A DNA stretch of 38,355 nt, taken from positions 1 to 38,355 of IMG/VR virus record IMGVR_UViG_3300037350_000023; one strand, given 5' to 3'. Below, in pieces: positions 7,417-18,046 of this stretch (within the stretch, counting starts at the first letter, position 1; each line of letters opens with the position of its first letter). The notes beneath the pieces are model-generated. The model was not told the origin of the DNA, did not search any database, and was given only the letters and a program-made list of their open reading frames with translations. The position numbers and the translations under genes were made by a program. Source of the stretch: a virus. Lineage: Duplodnaviria; Caudoviricetes.

Positions 7417-9234
7417 ATTCTGACCAGATTCGGTGTATGGCAACGACGCAGCGGCTACACCTGCGGCGACCTTTGGCGAGAAATAAGACCCCGCAAGCAA
7501 TGCCGCGACCAGGCCACGGCCGGCCGTTCCAGAGTCAGGATAAGTGCTGCTGAGAACATTCTTGCCGGCCTGTGCCAAAGGCTGTAGCAGTGCATCGCCC
7601 TTGGCAAACTGACCTTTCATGGTCGAGCTATCCATCTGCCTGACAGAATTCATTAACTGGTTCGGCGTGAATACCCCCTCGTTTGCGCCGATCTTTCCAG
7701 CAGCGCCGGCAACCCGGTAATACATCGCTTTGGCGGTGTCGATTGCCTTCAGGTCGCCTGCATATTGAGGATTTGACCTGTCTAGAGCATCCTTCATGGC
7801 TGTGCGCAGATTTGTCACCAATCCGCCAAGCTGCTTTTGATAGGCATCTGTCGCACCGCTGAAATCACGGCTGAGCTTCCCTAGATGGCTATCGAGCGTC
7901 TTGTAAACGTCTCCGGCCATGGTTCCTGTATTGGGATCAATCTGGCCGACGATTGTCTTGACGATACCCTCTACCTGGGATGCTTCTTTTTGCGGCAGTT
8001 GGGCGGCAGCTTGACGAACAGCACCAACGTCCGATGCGACTTGATTATCTAACTGCCACGTCAGTTTTGGCAGCAAATCATCATAGGCTTGGCTGATTTT
8101 ATCATCCAACGCCGCAATGCCTTTATTACCGATGTCAGTTGTTGAGACCTTCTGCCCTATTGGCGCCAGAACATCGTTGTATGCGGCAATCTGATAGTCA
8201 TTAAGCGCCCGTTTTTGAGCGCCCTTGATCAGATCCCCGAGGACTGGAATCGATGAAAGTTTGTCCTCTGTTTTGGCAGCCGTTGGTCCGATGATCTGGC
8301 CTGTCGTTGGCATCACGCCACGATCAACCAAATACTGCACATCCGGCGAAACTGAAGGATTCATGATCTTATTGACGGCAGGCGCAATCGGTCCGGTCAG
8401 CAATCCAATCAAGGTCCCGAGACCAAGCTGTTGCTTTTTATTCGTCCAATAGTCACCAGGCTGTGTTACTGGCATTGCAGCAGCATTGGCAGCGCCTGCC
8501 TGTCCAGCTACCAAAGAGGCCTTTATCAGGCTTCCAGCAGCGGGAGGCGCAGGAACGACATATGAGATCGGCAATGATCCAACAACATTGCCGATTAGAC
8601 GTGGCACGTCGAATCCTGATTGGCCGCCTTGTTTCCGGTAATCCTGATATTGTTTTTCAGAATTCTGGATATCTTGGTTCATCTGCTGCGGGGTTGTCGG
8701 CGTAATCCCAAGGCTTTTCGTGACCGGGAAATTATTGTTCAGCCAAGTCGCCGCGCTATTCCCAGCATTGATGACAGGTGTAGGTAGCGAATTGGCAGTC
8801 AGCTGCGCCAATCCATCGGCAACGTCTTTGGCGCCCTTTACAAACCGATATTGCAAATCAGGGCCGCCCGGGAAATTGGTATTCACACCAATATCGGGCC
8901 CTTTGTCTGTCAGCTTCTCATTTGATGCCATCTGACCGCGCACGGTAGCGAACAAATCAGGCAGCTGCGGCCCTTGCTGAGGTGGCGTCGGCTGCTGTTG
9001 TGTTCTGACAGGAAAGTCAGGCTGCTGCGTCGGGGAAGACGGAACAGCTTGGCTAGGCAGCTGAACACCGGCAGGGAGGACCGGGATGCCGTTTTGCTGT
9101 AGCGCTTTGTTGATATCGTCAATTGATAGCGATGGAGATTGCGCAGTTTGCATAGGCGGCGGTGTTGCAGTGCCAGAAGCGGCGGCGCGGCGCTGCAATT
9201 CAGCATCGATATCCTTTAGATTGATATCAGCCAT
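7276..9234 (-). CDS. DNA ejection/internal virion protein (gp16-like position)
   Basis: 652 aa, Q/P-rich N-terminus, helical A/G-rich body; last of three ejection genes. Confidence 0.7.
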   Translation of the reverse strand: MADINLKDIDAELQRRAAASGTATPPPMQTAQSPSLSIDDINKALQQNGIPVLPAGVQLPSQAVPSSPTQQPDFPVRTQQQPTPPQQGPQLPDLFATVRGQMASNEKLTDKGPDIGVNTNFPGGPDLQYRFVKGAKDVADGLAQLTANSLPTPVINAGNSAATWLNNNFPVTKSLGITPTTPQQMNQDIQNSEKQYQDYRKQGGQSGFDVPRLIGNVVGSLPISYVVPAPPAAGSLIKASLVAGQAGAANAAAMPVTQPGDYWTNKKQQLGLGTLIGLLTGPIAPAVNKIMNPSVSPDVQYLVDRGVMPTTGQIIGPTAAKTEDKLSSIPVLGDLIKGAQKRALNDYQIAAYNDVLAPIGQKVSTTDIGNKGIAALDDKISQAYDDLLPKLTWQLDNQVASDVGAVRQAAAQLPQKEASQVEGIVKTIVGQIDPNTGTMAGDVYKTLDSHLGKLSRDFSGATDAYQKQLGGLVTNLRTAMKDALDRSNPQYAGDLKAIDTAKAMYYRVAGAAGKIGANEGVFTPNQLMNSVRQMDSSTMKGQFAKGDALLQPLAQAGKNVLSSTYPDSGTAGRGLVAALLAGSYFSPKVAAGVAAASLPYTESGQNLMANILTKRPQTMRQLAPMVSNLLTPIGQTAVPLLLGPANGQGLLP

Positions 9235-10934
9235 TATTGCGTCCTCTGCCCGGCAAGTTTCGACCTAAGGTCAATTAGCTGTTGCTGAGACAGATAGGGA
9301 AGCGCCTGCTTGCCAAGCTCACCGGTCAGCTGGTCAGGCCGCAGATAAGGTGCCAGGAACGCAACAGGCGGATGCTGCTGCTGCCATTGCGCGTCGAACC
9401 CGCTCAATGTGCCATTCTGCCGGTAGAATTCGTCAGCTGCTTGGTTTTTAGCATAGGTATAATCATTGGTCGCCTTCATGGCATTCACCATGTCGCCGAT
9501 TGCCTGCGGCGTCATCGTCGCGTTCGGGTTGTTATTCACCATCATGGTGACAATAGAGGCAGCCTCTCTGGCGCCCATCTGACGTGCCTGGGTCGTCGCC
9601 TGCTTCGTCGCGACCTTGCTGAATTCCTGATAGCTCGACAGCGCCTTGTCGCTTTCTGCCGACGACATGCCAAGGCTGTTAAACCATGCCTGAACGGTTG
9701 CTTTATAGGGCGCCAGCTTCCCAGGGTCGAAATTCTTCATTGTGTCAAGCATCTGGTTAAGCTGGACATTTTGACCCTGCGCCTCATTAGCGGAGTCAGT
9801 AAGCGCCGTTTTGTAATCAGCCAGTTTGCCGAGGTTAGCCGTCTGCTCAGCGTTGTAAACTGGCGCTCCAAGTGATCCGGAAGAAGCAGCCAAATTATTA
9901 GTGTTCAGCGTGATAAACATGCCAGGCCGCTGCGGGTCCGGGATTTGAATTGTCGTTGGTGTAATCGCCGCCTTGGCACGGTCGTTTTCGCGGTTAACAA
10001 CCCCCTGATATCCGATCTTTGCAGTCTCAGCCGGCAACTGCCCCTGGGACGTCGCATAAGCATTTGCGCCGGCAACCTGAGCGCCAGCGTTCACAGCGCC
10101 GGGCATGTTCTGGACGGTGCCATCGGGGCCGATATACTGCTTATCCTTGCCGAGCGACTGCACCAGCGACTGCGCTTGCTGGTACGGCATGCCGGCTTTT
10201 ACCAAGTTCAGTTCCATCTCGGCGTAATCTTTGTTGTACAGGGCGTCGCTCTGGATCATCTGCGCAACTTCAGGCGTCAGGCCGCCATCTAGCCCTGTGG
10301 AGCGTGGCTGCACTGGCTGCGGAGACGGCGCCATAGGCTGCGCCTGAACCGGCTGTGTCGGCGCCTTAGGCATCGGCATGGACGGTCCAGCCATAAGTGG
10401 CGAATACGGATTCCCAGGCTGCGCAGGGATTGCTGGTGCGTTCTGCGTCGGAAGTGGTTGCGGGACGGATGGCAATCCAGCCGGCAATGGCGCCATTCCG
10501 CCTGAAGCGGTTGGCGTCGCCATGGGTGCGGCATTCGGCTGCGTCGGTGTCGCGGGGTTGTAAAGTGCCGCTGATGCTTTGTCGGGATTGTTCATCAGAT
10601 CGGTCAAGGAAACCGGTGGCAGGCCCTGCTTACCGAGTTTCCAGTTCAGCATAGCAAGACTTTGCGCATTGCTGAGGCTGTTGGTAACGGCACTTTGTCG
10701 GATTTGCTGAGTCAGCGCCTGGCGCTGCAGCTGGTCATTACGCTGCTGCTCGGTAAACGCTGCCGACTGGCGCATGGCATCGCCGATGTCAGAACCAGTG
10801 CCGTAAGCCAGCAAGCCAGAGCCAAGCTGCTGCAACAGGCCGCCATACATCTGGCCGCGAGCCATGGGCGGCTGCCCTGCGCCATAGAGCAAGCCACCGA
10901 CTGCCGGATTATAGTTGCTGTCAAACCACCCCAT
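9234..10934 (-). CDS. DNA ejection/internal virion protein (gp20-like position)
   Basis: Probable start MGWFD at 10934 (TAATG coupling); Q/P/A-rich. Confidence 0.7.
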   Translation of the reverse strand: MGWFDSNYNPAVGGLLYGAGQPPMARGQMYGGLLQQLGSGLLAYGTGSDIGDAMRQSAAFTEQQRNDQLQRQALTQQIRQSAVTNSLSNAQSLAMLNWKLGKQGLPPVSLTDLMNNPDKASAALYNPATPTQPNAAPMATPTASGGMAPLPAGLPSVPQPLPTQNAPAIPAQPGNPYSPLMAGPSMPMPKAPTQPVQAQPMAPSPQPVQPRSTGLDGGLTPEVAQMIQSDALYNKDYAEMELNLVKAGMPYQQAQSLVQSLGKDKQYIGPDGTVQNMPGAVNAGAQVAGANAYATSQGQLPAETAKIGYQGVVNRENDRAKAAITPTTIQIPDPQRPGMFITLNTNNLAASSGSLGAPVYNAEQTANLGKLADYKTALTDSANEAQGQNVQLNQMLDTMKNFDPGKLAPYKATVQAWFNSLGMSSAESDKALSSYQEFSKVATKQATTQARQMGAREAASIVTMMVNNNPNATMTPQAIGDMVNAMKATNDYTYAKNQAADEFYRQNGTLSGFDAQWQQQHPPVAFLAPYLRPDQLTGELGKQALPYLSQQQLIDLRSKLAGQRTQ

Positions 10935-11728
10935 TACAGCCCGAAGGTCCCCCCACCGCCAAGATACGACCCGAGCAGCGACGTCGCAGCGCCCGCACCC
11001 GTAAGCCACGGGTTAATCTGCTGCGATTGCTGGCTGATAGTCGAGGCGTTTCCGCCGTAATTTCCATTGATGAGATTGATGTAATCCTGAAGCGTCTGGA
11101 GCGGCTGTTGCTGCGTCGCCTGATACTTCGCTTGGTCAGCGTTAATCAGCTGCTGCTGATAGTCCTGGCGCTGGTTGCCGATGCTGCCAAGCTGCGAAAT
11201 ATCGTAATAGTCCTGATTGGCCGCAGCAGGCGCGAGCTGGCTTGCCTGCTGCTGCGCCTGGCGTTCCTGCTGATACTGGCCATACATAGACGGCGCGATA
11301 CTGTCGGCGAGCTGGCGTGTCAGTTCACTGCCCATGCTCGGGCTGCCATAGCGGCCACCGGCCGAAAACTGGCTTTCAACCGTCGGCAAAACCGCGTCGC
11401 TAATCGACTGGTTAAGCGCTGCCTGATTGGGGTTGCCGGCATTCAGATATTTGCCGCTCAGGACGTCGTTCAGATAGCTGTTGTTCTGCGTGTTGAGGGG
11501 GCTGCCATTGGTGGCACGCTGCGCCGTTGCCGCCCAAGCCTGTTGTGTCTCAGGTGCAAGGCTCGCAACCGTCTGGCCCTGGTATGGCGTGTTTGCCGCC
11601 GCTAGGGTGCCATTGTTGAAGTAATTGGTTGCGGTGCCAATCGCCTGCTTCAACGGCGCTTGTTGAGGCTGCCAAGGCGCATTATTCGTGGTCTGGGTTT
11701 GGGTCTTCCCGCTACCGCCGCCGCTCAT
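10934..11728 (-). CDS. DNA ejection protein (gp7-like position)
   Basis: MSGGGSGKTQTQTT..PW start, Q-rich, Gly-rich hydrophobic C-terminus. Confidence 0.7.
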   Translation of the reverse strand: MSGGGSGKTQTQTTNNAPWQPQQAPLKQAIGTATNYFNNGTLAAANTPYQGQTVASLAPETQQAWAATAQRATNGSPLNTQNNSYLNDVLSGKYLNAGNPNQAALNQSISDAVLPTVESQFSAGGRYGSPSMGSELTRQLADSIAPSMYGQYQQERQAQQQASQLAPAAANQDYYDISQLGSIGNQRQDYQQQLINADQAKYQATQQQPLQTLQDYINLINGNYGGNASTISQQSQQINPWLTGAGAATSLLGSYLGGGGTFGL

Positions 11729-12129
11729 ACCCGTCGCTCCATCCAGACGCCCATTGTTTTTAAATCCATGGCTCTGGCCCATCCCCGACGACCCAGAACC
11801 TCAACACCTTCGCAGTGATTGATTCTGGCAAGATGGTCAAGGGCTTGCTTGCCGTCCCTAAGCCAATCTACCATATCGTCACCGCCGCACAAAATGATTG
11901 TTAGCCAATTACTGGCTGGATATTGAGAAACTCCGCACACGCAAGCGCTTTTGATTGATGTTTCATCAATGGCTGCCAGGAGGACATATTCGCCATCCGC
12001 AAGCTTCTGCCGGGTGCTGCTTTCGGTGTGCCGGCCACCAGATTTATCCCAGGCACGGCGCAGATAATGCTTGCAGACATCCCAGTGACGTTGCCACTCC
12101 TCAGGATTGAACATAACAATGCTGGTCAT
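11725..12129 (-). CDS. GNAT-like-fold virion assembly protein
   Basis: C.GVEVLGRRGWAR motif; found in this position before ejection genes in podoviruses. Confidence 0.65.
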   Translation of the reverse strand: MTSIVMFNPEEWQRHWDVCKHYLRRAWDKSGGRHTESSTRQKLADGEYVLLAAIDETSIKSACVCGVSQYPASNWLTIILCGGDDMVDWLRDGKQALDHLARINHCEGVEVLGRRGWARAMDLKTMGVWMERRV

Positions 12130-13070
12130 CGCATATACCACGGGTATGTATAGGACGGCGCTGTCTGGCTGTAATCCAACAGCCCCGGCACTTGCTGGCC
12201 AATGGTACGCTGCGGCACATACTGCTGCATAAGCTGTGCGACCTGTGCCGATTGCGTGTTGCCCGGCGTATTAGCGGGCTTTGCAGCCTGCGCCGTCTGG
12301 GTGCTGACATTGGCAGGCGCAGAGGGCGAGAAGCTGCCAGAGCCGCCTGGCGCGCCGTTTGGCTGCCCTGGCTGTGACGGCGACTGCGGTCCGTTCAACG
12401 TGCCGCCTGTGTTAAAGCCAACTTGGGGCGCATGAAGTCCAAATTGATTAGCTATTCCATATGCCATGCTCACAGGAGTTAATGCAGGCATCGCCATCGA
12501 TCCTATACCTAGGGCGATGCGGGCAGGGTCAATGCTGACTCGGCTTTGTGTTTCGTTATATCCAGGTGTCCCAACATTGATTGCGTTCGGGTGATAGCCG
12601 ATGCCCAGGAAAGACCCCAACCGAGACAGCATGTTCTGGGTGGTTGTCGGGGCCTGACCGTAATAGCCATAGCTCTCATGGCTACCGATATTGTCGGGAT
12701 TATAGCTACCACGCTCAATCTGCGTCTTGTTACCCGGGACGTCAGTTGTGCCAGGCGCCCAGCTGCGGAGGTCGTCTGGCGACATCTGGCCGCCGCGTCC
12801 ACCTCCTCCAGCACCGCCTCCATTGCCACGGCCGCCGCCAAGATCATTATGGCCACCTTGGCCAGCGCCGCCGCCATGGCCGCCTTCGCCGCCAGCATCC
12901 TCATAGAACTGCAACAGGCCAGTCTTCGGATTACGAACGCCAGCGCCGCCCATGAGTTTCAGAAAAGCCGCCGTTGCCTGCGCTTCCTGAGGGTTCATCT
13001 GAAGCGCAACCGTATCTCCATGCGGATCGTTCTGGAGCGCTTGGTTGATCTGCTTTTTAACTGGCTTCAT
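12126..13070 (-). CDS. Gly-rich putative internal virion protein
   Basis: N-terminal GDTVALQMNPQEA..LKLMGGAG.RNPKTGLLQFY motif, then G-rich and P/Q-rich regions. Confidence 0.65.
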   Translation of the reverse strand: MKPVKKQINQALQNDPHGDTVALQMNPQEAQATAAFLKLMGGAGVRNPKTGLLQFYEDAGGEGGHGGGAGQGGHNDLGGGRGNGGGAGGGGRGGQMSPDDLRSWAPGTTDVPGNKTQIERGSYNPDNIGSHESYGYYGQAPTTTQNMLSRLGSFLGIGYHPNAINVGTPGYNETQSRVSIDPARIALGIGSMAMPALTPVSMAYGIANQFGLHAPQVGFNTGGTLNGPQSPSQPGQPNGAPGGSGSFSPSAPANVSTQTAQAAKPANTPGNTQSAQVAQLMQQYVPQRTIGQQVPGLLDYSQTAPSYTYPWYMR

Positions 13071-13074
13071 TGGG

Positions 13075-13413
13075 TCACCCGATGATCACAAGACGGAACG
13101 TACGATCCGCCTGCGCATTGTTGGCATGCTGAATAATTGCCTGCTGCGACGTAATCGTGGCTGGCGGAATGTATGTCGTTGCCAAAGCCGCCGCCGCGTT
13201 GGCCGTCTCAGGCATGAGCAGGATAGCCGACGTGCCGCCGATACGCGGATCTTGCACCGTCGAACTCGAAGCGCTTGGCGTCAGGGTAAAATCAAGCGTG
13301 ACGTTCTGCTTGCCGATCAGCAACGTATTGAAGACGTCACGGATCGATTTCAAGTAACGGGTATGCGCCGGTAAGTCATCAGGCGGTACGCTATCTAGGC
13401 CACGATATGCCAT
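13075..13413 (-). CDS. small tail-associated structural protein
   Basis: Follows tail nozzle gene; beta-rich C-terminus. Confidence 0.65.
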   Translation of the reverse strand: MAYRGLDSVPPDDLPAHTRYLKSIRDVFNTLLIGKQNVTLDFTLTPSASSSTVQDPRIGGTSAILLMPETANAAAALATTYIPPATITSQQAIIQHANNAQADRTFRLVIIG

Positions 13414-14885
13414 CACCTGACCCCGATCTGCGTTGACTTAATATCGTCAATGCCAAGGATATGCGTCCAGGTCTGTCCGGCAGGAACTGTGATGCGGCCG
13501 CGATAATAGCGGGCTTTCTTGCGGAATTTGCAGAAGCCAAGGCTGTCAACTACGACACCAGTACTATAGACAACAGGGTCCATCTGCCGATTGCGCGTGC
13601 CAAGCGCAATTGACGGAGTCCCACCGTCTACCATCGGCCGCAACTGGCGCAGGAAAGCCTTACGGCCTGGCACTGGCTCGTCTTCCGTGGTATCGACGGT
13701 CGCAGCCATGGCAGCACCGTTGAAGAAACCGAGCTTATGGTCAATCCCGAAGCCGCCGACCAGCTGACGCGCAACACCTGCCCAAACTTGGCTATCGAGC
13801 GAGAACGGGAGCGCATCTAGATTGGTGGAAATCGTATCAAGCTGCTCAAGCGTGAACCCTGTCTGGGTTGCAGCCGAAAAAATCATATCCATCGTGATGC
13901 CCTGGATATGCGCCCATTTATCGACAACCCAATTGTAGATGTAGATCTCGTTTGGATCGCCGTTCGAGCTGCTCTGGTTCGGGAACGCGATCATATAGAG
14001 GCAGTTGACTGGGTCGATGGCGCTTGTCACGCGGTGCAGATAGCTCTGATTGACAGAATTCCAGAACTCATTATCGACCTTCTGCACGCCAATCGGATTC
14101 AATTGGTAACCGTTGGTCACCATGAAGAAGCCAGAACGGTGCACGAAGAAGGCAAATTCGCGATAGCTCGCAATACTGCCCACAATCGAGGCGCCAACAT
14201 CCGACGCCACCTTGCGGAATTGGAAGATGAGCGGCGTTCCTACATAGGTCATCGTGCGCACGGCAAATTCCTGGTAAATCGTGCCATTATATTCAAGCGC
14301 CGTGATGCCCTGAATCCATCCCCCGTCCGGCAAATCCTGCGAGCTTGCCTGTGTTACCTGCGATGCTGCCCAAGAATTGCCGGGCGCGTTGATCGGCGAC
14401 CATTGCATGCGATTACGGAAGACGCCCTGATTCCCGAGCACCTCAAAGTCGCCAACCACAGCGCCGTAAAGTGCTGTCGGCGGCGATCCGGTCTGGGCCG
14501 AGAAGTTGCTATCGGCGTCAATGTTGAACTGCTGCGGCGCATCGAGGCCGTTATTTGCATAAATCATCGATCCGAACTGTACGAACGTCCACCGACCATC
14601 CGCCGGGGTTGAATATGGACCACCAGCAAGCCGGCTTACATCGCTCCAGGTCGTTGCCGAAAGCTGGTAGAGCTTCGTTGCATCGCCGGCAAACATGGTG
14701 CCTGTGCCATCGGCGCGGCGCACAAAGACAGCGCCTTGGCAGCGAGCTCCAAGCGCATTCGTGATCGATGCAAACTGCGGAAATGGCCGATAAGTCGAAA
14801 CGGCAGGAATGACGTTCAACGCCTCATTGGACGCCGTTCCTTGATAATCCGCCTGGTCCGGTAGCCATGGGCCGACCTGTAGCAT
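13413..14885 (-). CDS. tail hub/nozzle (gp10/tubular B-like beta-propeller)
   Basis: GPWLPDQ start, beta-propeller-like repeats, ~490 aa after the adaptor gene. Confidence 0.8.
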   Translation of the reverse strand: MLQVGPWLPDQADYQGTASNEALNVIPAVSTYRPFPQFASITNALGARCQGAVFVRRADGTGTMFAGDATKLYQLSATTWSDVSRLAGGPYSTPADGRWTFVQFGSMIYANNGLDAPQQFNIDADSNFSAQTGSPPTALYGAVVGDFEVLGNQGVFRNRMQWSPINAPGNSWAASQVTQASSQDLPDGGWIQGITALEYNGTIYQEFAVRTMTYVGTPLIFQFRKVASDVGASIVGSIASYREFAFFVHRSGFFMVTNGYQLNPIGVQKVDNEFWNSVNQSYLHRVTSAIDPVNCLYMIAFPNQSSSNGDPNEIYIYNWVVDKWAHIQGITMDMIFSAATQTGFTLEQLDTISTNLDALPFSLDSQVWAGVARQLVGGFGIDHKLGFFNGAAMAATVDTTEDEPVPGRKAFLRQLRPMVDGGTPSIALGTRNRQMDPVVYSTGVVVDSLGFCKFRKKARYYRGRITVPAGQTWTHILGIDDIKSTQIGVR

Positions 14886-15556
14886 TACCACCCCGTGAAG
14901 ATGTTAAAGCGGCCACGACCAAGCGCCCCGCGATACTCAACGGCAAGCTGGCCATTGGAAAGCCGCGCACGGGTTTCGGCGTTGAGCGCATCAATCGCTT
15001 GCTGCTCCAAAAGAGAGATAGGCGCGGACGGGTCTACTTCGCGCGTCACGTCGACACCGATCACACGCTTTGCCGCCTGCCTGATCAGCATCTCACCATC
15101 AGTCATCCAGGCGTTGGTGTCGCTATCGTTAACGAGGGCCGGGAAACGATACTGATATTGCATCGTCATCAGATAGGTTGTGTCAGGAATCGGGAACAGT
15201 CGGATCTGCTGCGCATAATAGGCGTAGTACTGCGGCAACGTGATGATTTGCCCATTCTGGCAAGAGTTGATGTAACTCTCGTCAGTCGGCACGACGTCGT
15301 AATTGAAGCCGTTGATCTGACATTTCAACGGATCGTATATACGGATCAGGTTCGGGATATCGGCATTTGCCGCTGATCCATAGTACTCTTGGCCGCCAAT
15401 CGTGTTGAATGTGCCAGTCTTGGTGTTGAAGTAGAACTTTTGCCGCTCATAGAATGTAATGGCGGTTTGAATGGCCAGCTTGATCTGGGCAGTTAAAGAC
15501 GAGTCTTGGATTTCGTCTGCAATCCTCGTCTGCATGTCAAGATATGTGCCGGCCAT
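14885..15556 (-). CDS. head-tail adaptor (gp4/tubular A-like)
   Basis: TYLDMQTRIADE...IRLFPIPD...TNAW motifs. Confidence 0.8.
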   Translation of the reverse strand: MAGTYLDMQTRIADEIQDSSLTAQIKLAIQTAITFYERQKFYFNTKTGTFNTIGGQEYYGSAANADIPNLIRIYDPLKCQINGFNYDVVPTDESYINSCQNGQIITLPQYYAYYAQQIRLFPIPDTTYLMTMQYQYRFPALVNDSDTNAWMTDGEMLIRQAAKRVIGVDVTREVDPSAPISLLEQQAIDALNAETRARLSNGQLAVEYRGALGRGRFNIFTGW

Positions 15557-15560
15557 TCTA

Positions 15561-15875
15561 TTAACCCACGTTGAAGCGGCCAGAGGTCACTTTCTCGGGC
15601 CGATAGACAAAAACTAGATAGGTCTCTGCCGTTGGCACGATTGGCGAAGCGGTGTTGTTGTCATAAGTCAAGGCAAGCGTCGCCGGAGCCGATACGCGCG
15701 CACCGCCTAGGCTCAAGCCAGCCTGAGAAGTCGGCTTCATCGGAGAGACGAAATCGCCCGGCAATAGGCCGGGAACGGTAAATGTCTGCTCGGCAGACGT
15801 ATTCGCAGCAACCGAAACCGGCGTAAGCGCAATGCTCACCATGCCGAACCGGTCTTCATTGATCAGGGCGCCCAT
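15561..15875 (-). CDS. small beta-rich structural protein, possible capsid decoration
   Basis: SVAANTSAEQTFTVPGL.PGD; AGGAG RBS; directly after the coat gene. Confidence 0.65.
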   Translation of the reverse strand: MGALINEDRFGMVSIALTPVSVAANTSAEQTFTVPGLLPGDFVSPMKPTSQAGLSLGGARVSAPATLALTYDNNTASPIVPTAETYLVFVYRPEKVTSGRFNVG

Positions 15876-15888
15876 TTTCTTCTCCTTT

Positions 15889-15921
15889 CAAGAAGTAGCC
15901 GGGCGCTATATGCACCCGGCT
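15889..15921 (-). terminator. intrinsic terminator/attenuator after coat gene
   Basis: AGCCGGGTGC-ATATA-GCGCCCGGCT followed by ACTTCTT on the - strand. Confidence 0.55.
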
Positions 15922-15935
15922 TAGGCTCAAAGGGA

Positions 15936-17141
15936 TCAGTTATTGGCGACGCGACAAGCTAGCTGTGGCCGGACCGCCTTGTAGCCGTACAAAACATCCA
16001 AACGGCAAGGGAAAGTATCCGTCCCGATCACATACTGGCGGACCATACGCATCGAGATTCCGTCCTGGACCTCTCGGGCGGCCATATCAACACCCTGCGG
16101 CATCAGAAGATCGGCCGTCGCGAACACGAAGGCATCCTTATGATAGGCCATAGAGATGCCGTACGGGGTCGAGATGGTGCCAGCAAAGGCCATGGTGGCA
16201 GTCGCGGAAGTCGTCGGAATGACAACGTTCTGATAACCGCCAGCAAGGATGATCGACGGGCTGATATTCAGCACGCCAGGGCCAGCCAAGGTGTTCAATG
16301 CAACGAACTGCTGTTGCGTCGCCAGGGTCGCCTTGCTTTCCGGGTGGACACGGAAAACGTTCTGGATGGTGAAGACGTCGCCGGCATTGATCGAGCCGGT
16401 ACCGGTGGCAATCGTGATTGAGGAAACCGGCGTTGCGGAGATCGGCAGCGTGCCAACCTGGGTATTGGTGACGTAAGCCGTGGTAGCAGCGCCGCGTGAC
16501 TGGGTCGGCCAAAGGGTGTTTTCGTAGAAGTTGAAGCCACCCGTGCGGCCCATCATGCCTTCACGGTACTGCTCGGAGATCGCATCGCTATCCTGGAACA
16601 GGCCCTTCAGAGCATCGACAAGGTCAACTTCATCCTGGGTGTTCAGGTTCATGGTGCGGTCGTTGTCGAGCGGCGCCAGGTTATCGTTCAGGATCTTACG
16701 TGCGCCCATGACACCCGTTTTGAAGGTCATGGCAGCGCCCTGGTTATTCACCTGGTTATAGACCTGCTGATACATCGACATGGCATCAGCTTCGATGCTG
16801 GATGCCAGGACCGCCATCGCGGGGCTGATAATGCGCTTGGAGAAGTCATCCAAGCTCATCGTCAGTTCCTGGCTGGTAAAGGTCAAGTCAACACCCTTCT
16901 GGGTGCTGACAGTCAGCTGGGTGCTGGTTTCCGTGGTATCCTGCGTTGACAGATTCTGGCCGGTACGGACAGTGTACTGGTTCGGCAGGCGGATATTCAG
17001 GCTGTTGCCGATCTTGGCGCCCTTCTGGGCGAACTGATCATCGTAGGAACGGTTGATGGTGCCAACGAAGTTAAGCTTCTGATGCAGGATGCGAAGCGCT
17101 TCCCGCGTAATCATGGTCGGAGTAAGAATTGTATTGGCCAT
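15936..17141 (-). CDS. major capsid protein (P22 coat gp5 family)
   Basis: MANTILTPTMITREALRILH...GAKIG..LNIRLP...RLDVLYG. Confidence 0.93.
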   Translation of the reverse strand: MANTILTPTMITREALRILHQKLNFVGTINRSYDDQFAQKGAKIGNSLNIRLPNQYTVRTGQNLSTQDTTETSTQLTVSTQKGVDLTFTSQELTMSLDDFSKRIISPAMAVLASSIEADAMSMYQQVYNQVNNQGAAMTFKTGVMGARKILNDNLAPLDNDRTMNLNTQDEVDLVDALKGLFQDSDAISEQYREGMMGRTGGFNFYENTLWPTQSRGAATTAYVTNTQVGTLPISATPVSSITIATGTGSINAGDVFTIQNVFRVHPESKATLATQQQFVALNTLAGPGVLNISPSIILAGGYQNVVIPTTSATATMAFAGTISTPYGISMAYHKDAFVFATADLLMPQGVDMAAREVQDGISMRMVRQYVIGTDTFPCRLDVLYGYKAVRPQLACRVANN

Positions 17142-17146
17142 AATGG

Positions 17147-18046
17147 CTATCCTCTACGTTGACGCTGCTGTGCAGCGAGCTGTTTGTTGCGAACGCGCAG
17201 CCATTCATCCGGATCCTTGATCTTAGAAAGATCGTTGGTCGGAGCAGAGCGCCTGGCAGCAACCTGTGGAACAGGATTTGCCTCGACAGCATCCGCCGTC
17301 TTCGTGGCAGCGCGCGATTTGTTTAACGCCTCATGGCCGATGCGGGCGTAATGCAGGATCTTCAGGAAGCGAGCATCGGTTACTGACTGAATTTCTTTCT
17401 CGGTCAGTCCAAAGTGCTTCATCCCGGCATCAGCGACCTTGCGGCCAAGTTCAGGCGTCCAATTCGGAATCAAACGTTTGAGGGCAGCCTTATTTTCCTC
17501 GACAAACTTGGCGCTCATGCGCTGTTCTTCGAGCTTAAGTTGCTCCTGTCGTTGCTGAACACCACTGACAAGCTCGTCACGCTGTTCTTTCAGCAAAGAC
17601 ATCTGGCGGAACAGCTGTTGCGCTCTGGCCGGGTCCTGCTGGTCCAAAAGCGCCCATTGTCCCTGGGTAATCTCACGGAAAGCCTTGAGCTGGGTATCGA
17701 GATTGACGATCTGGCCAATCGCGGCCACATCCTCCTGTCTCAACTTTCCCATCTCAGCGACACGGGCCTTTTCCGCTTCGACCTCGCGCCGCATCTCCGC
17801 CACCGACTGCGTCTTTTGCGTATAATCCGCATTGCGCAGATAGCCATCCTTGAGGGCGGCCGGTACACGGTATTTCTTGCCATCGTGCTCGATCTCCGCA
17901 AGCTCTTCGTCGGTTTGCTCTTCAGCGAGGCCGGCGTCGGCTAGTAGATCATCGTCGATTTCAAGCTCTTCTTCGACTCCTTCGGGCGCTGGCGTATTCG
18001 CGGGCTGCGTATCCGGCGCCGGTTGGTTGGTCGTGTCGTCATTCAT
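17147..18046 (-). CDS. scaffolding protein
   Basis: Acidic N-terminus, GYLRNADYTQKTQ motif, coiled coil, directly upstream of the coat gene. Confidence 0.85.
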   Translation of the reverse strand: MNDDTTNQPAPDTQPANTPAPEGVEEELEIDDDLLADAGLAEEQTDEELAEIEHDGKKYRVPAALKDGYLRNADYTQKTQSVAEMRREVEAEKARVAEMGKLRQEDVAAIGQIVNLDTQLKAFREITQGQWALLDQQDPARAQQLFRQMSLLKEQRDELVSGVQQRQEQLKLEEQRMSAKFVEENKAALKRLIPNWTPELGRKVADAGMKHFGLTEKEIQSVTDARFLKILHYARIGHEALNKSRAATKTADAVEANPVPQVAARRSAPTNDLSKIKDPDEWLRVRNKQLAAQQRQRRG

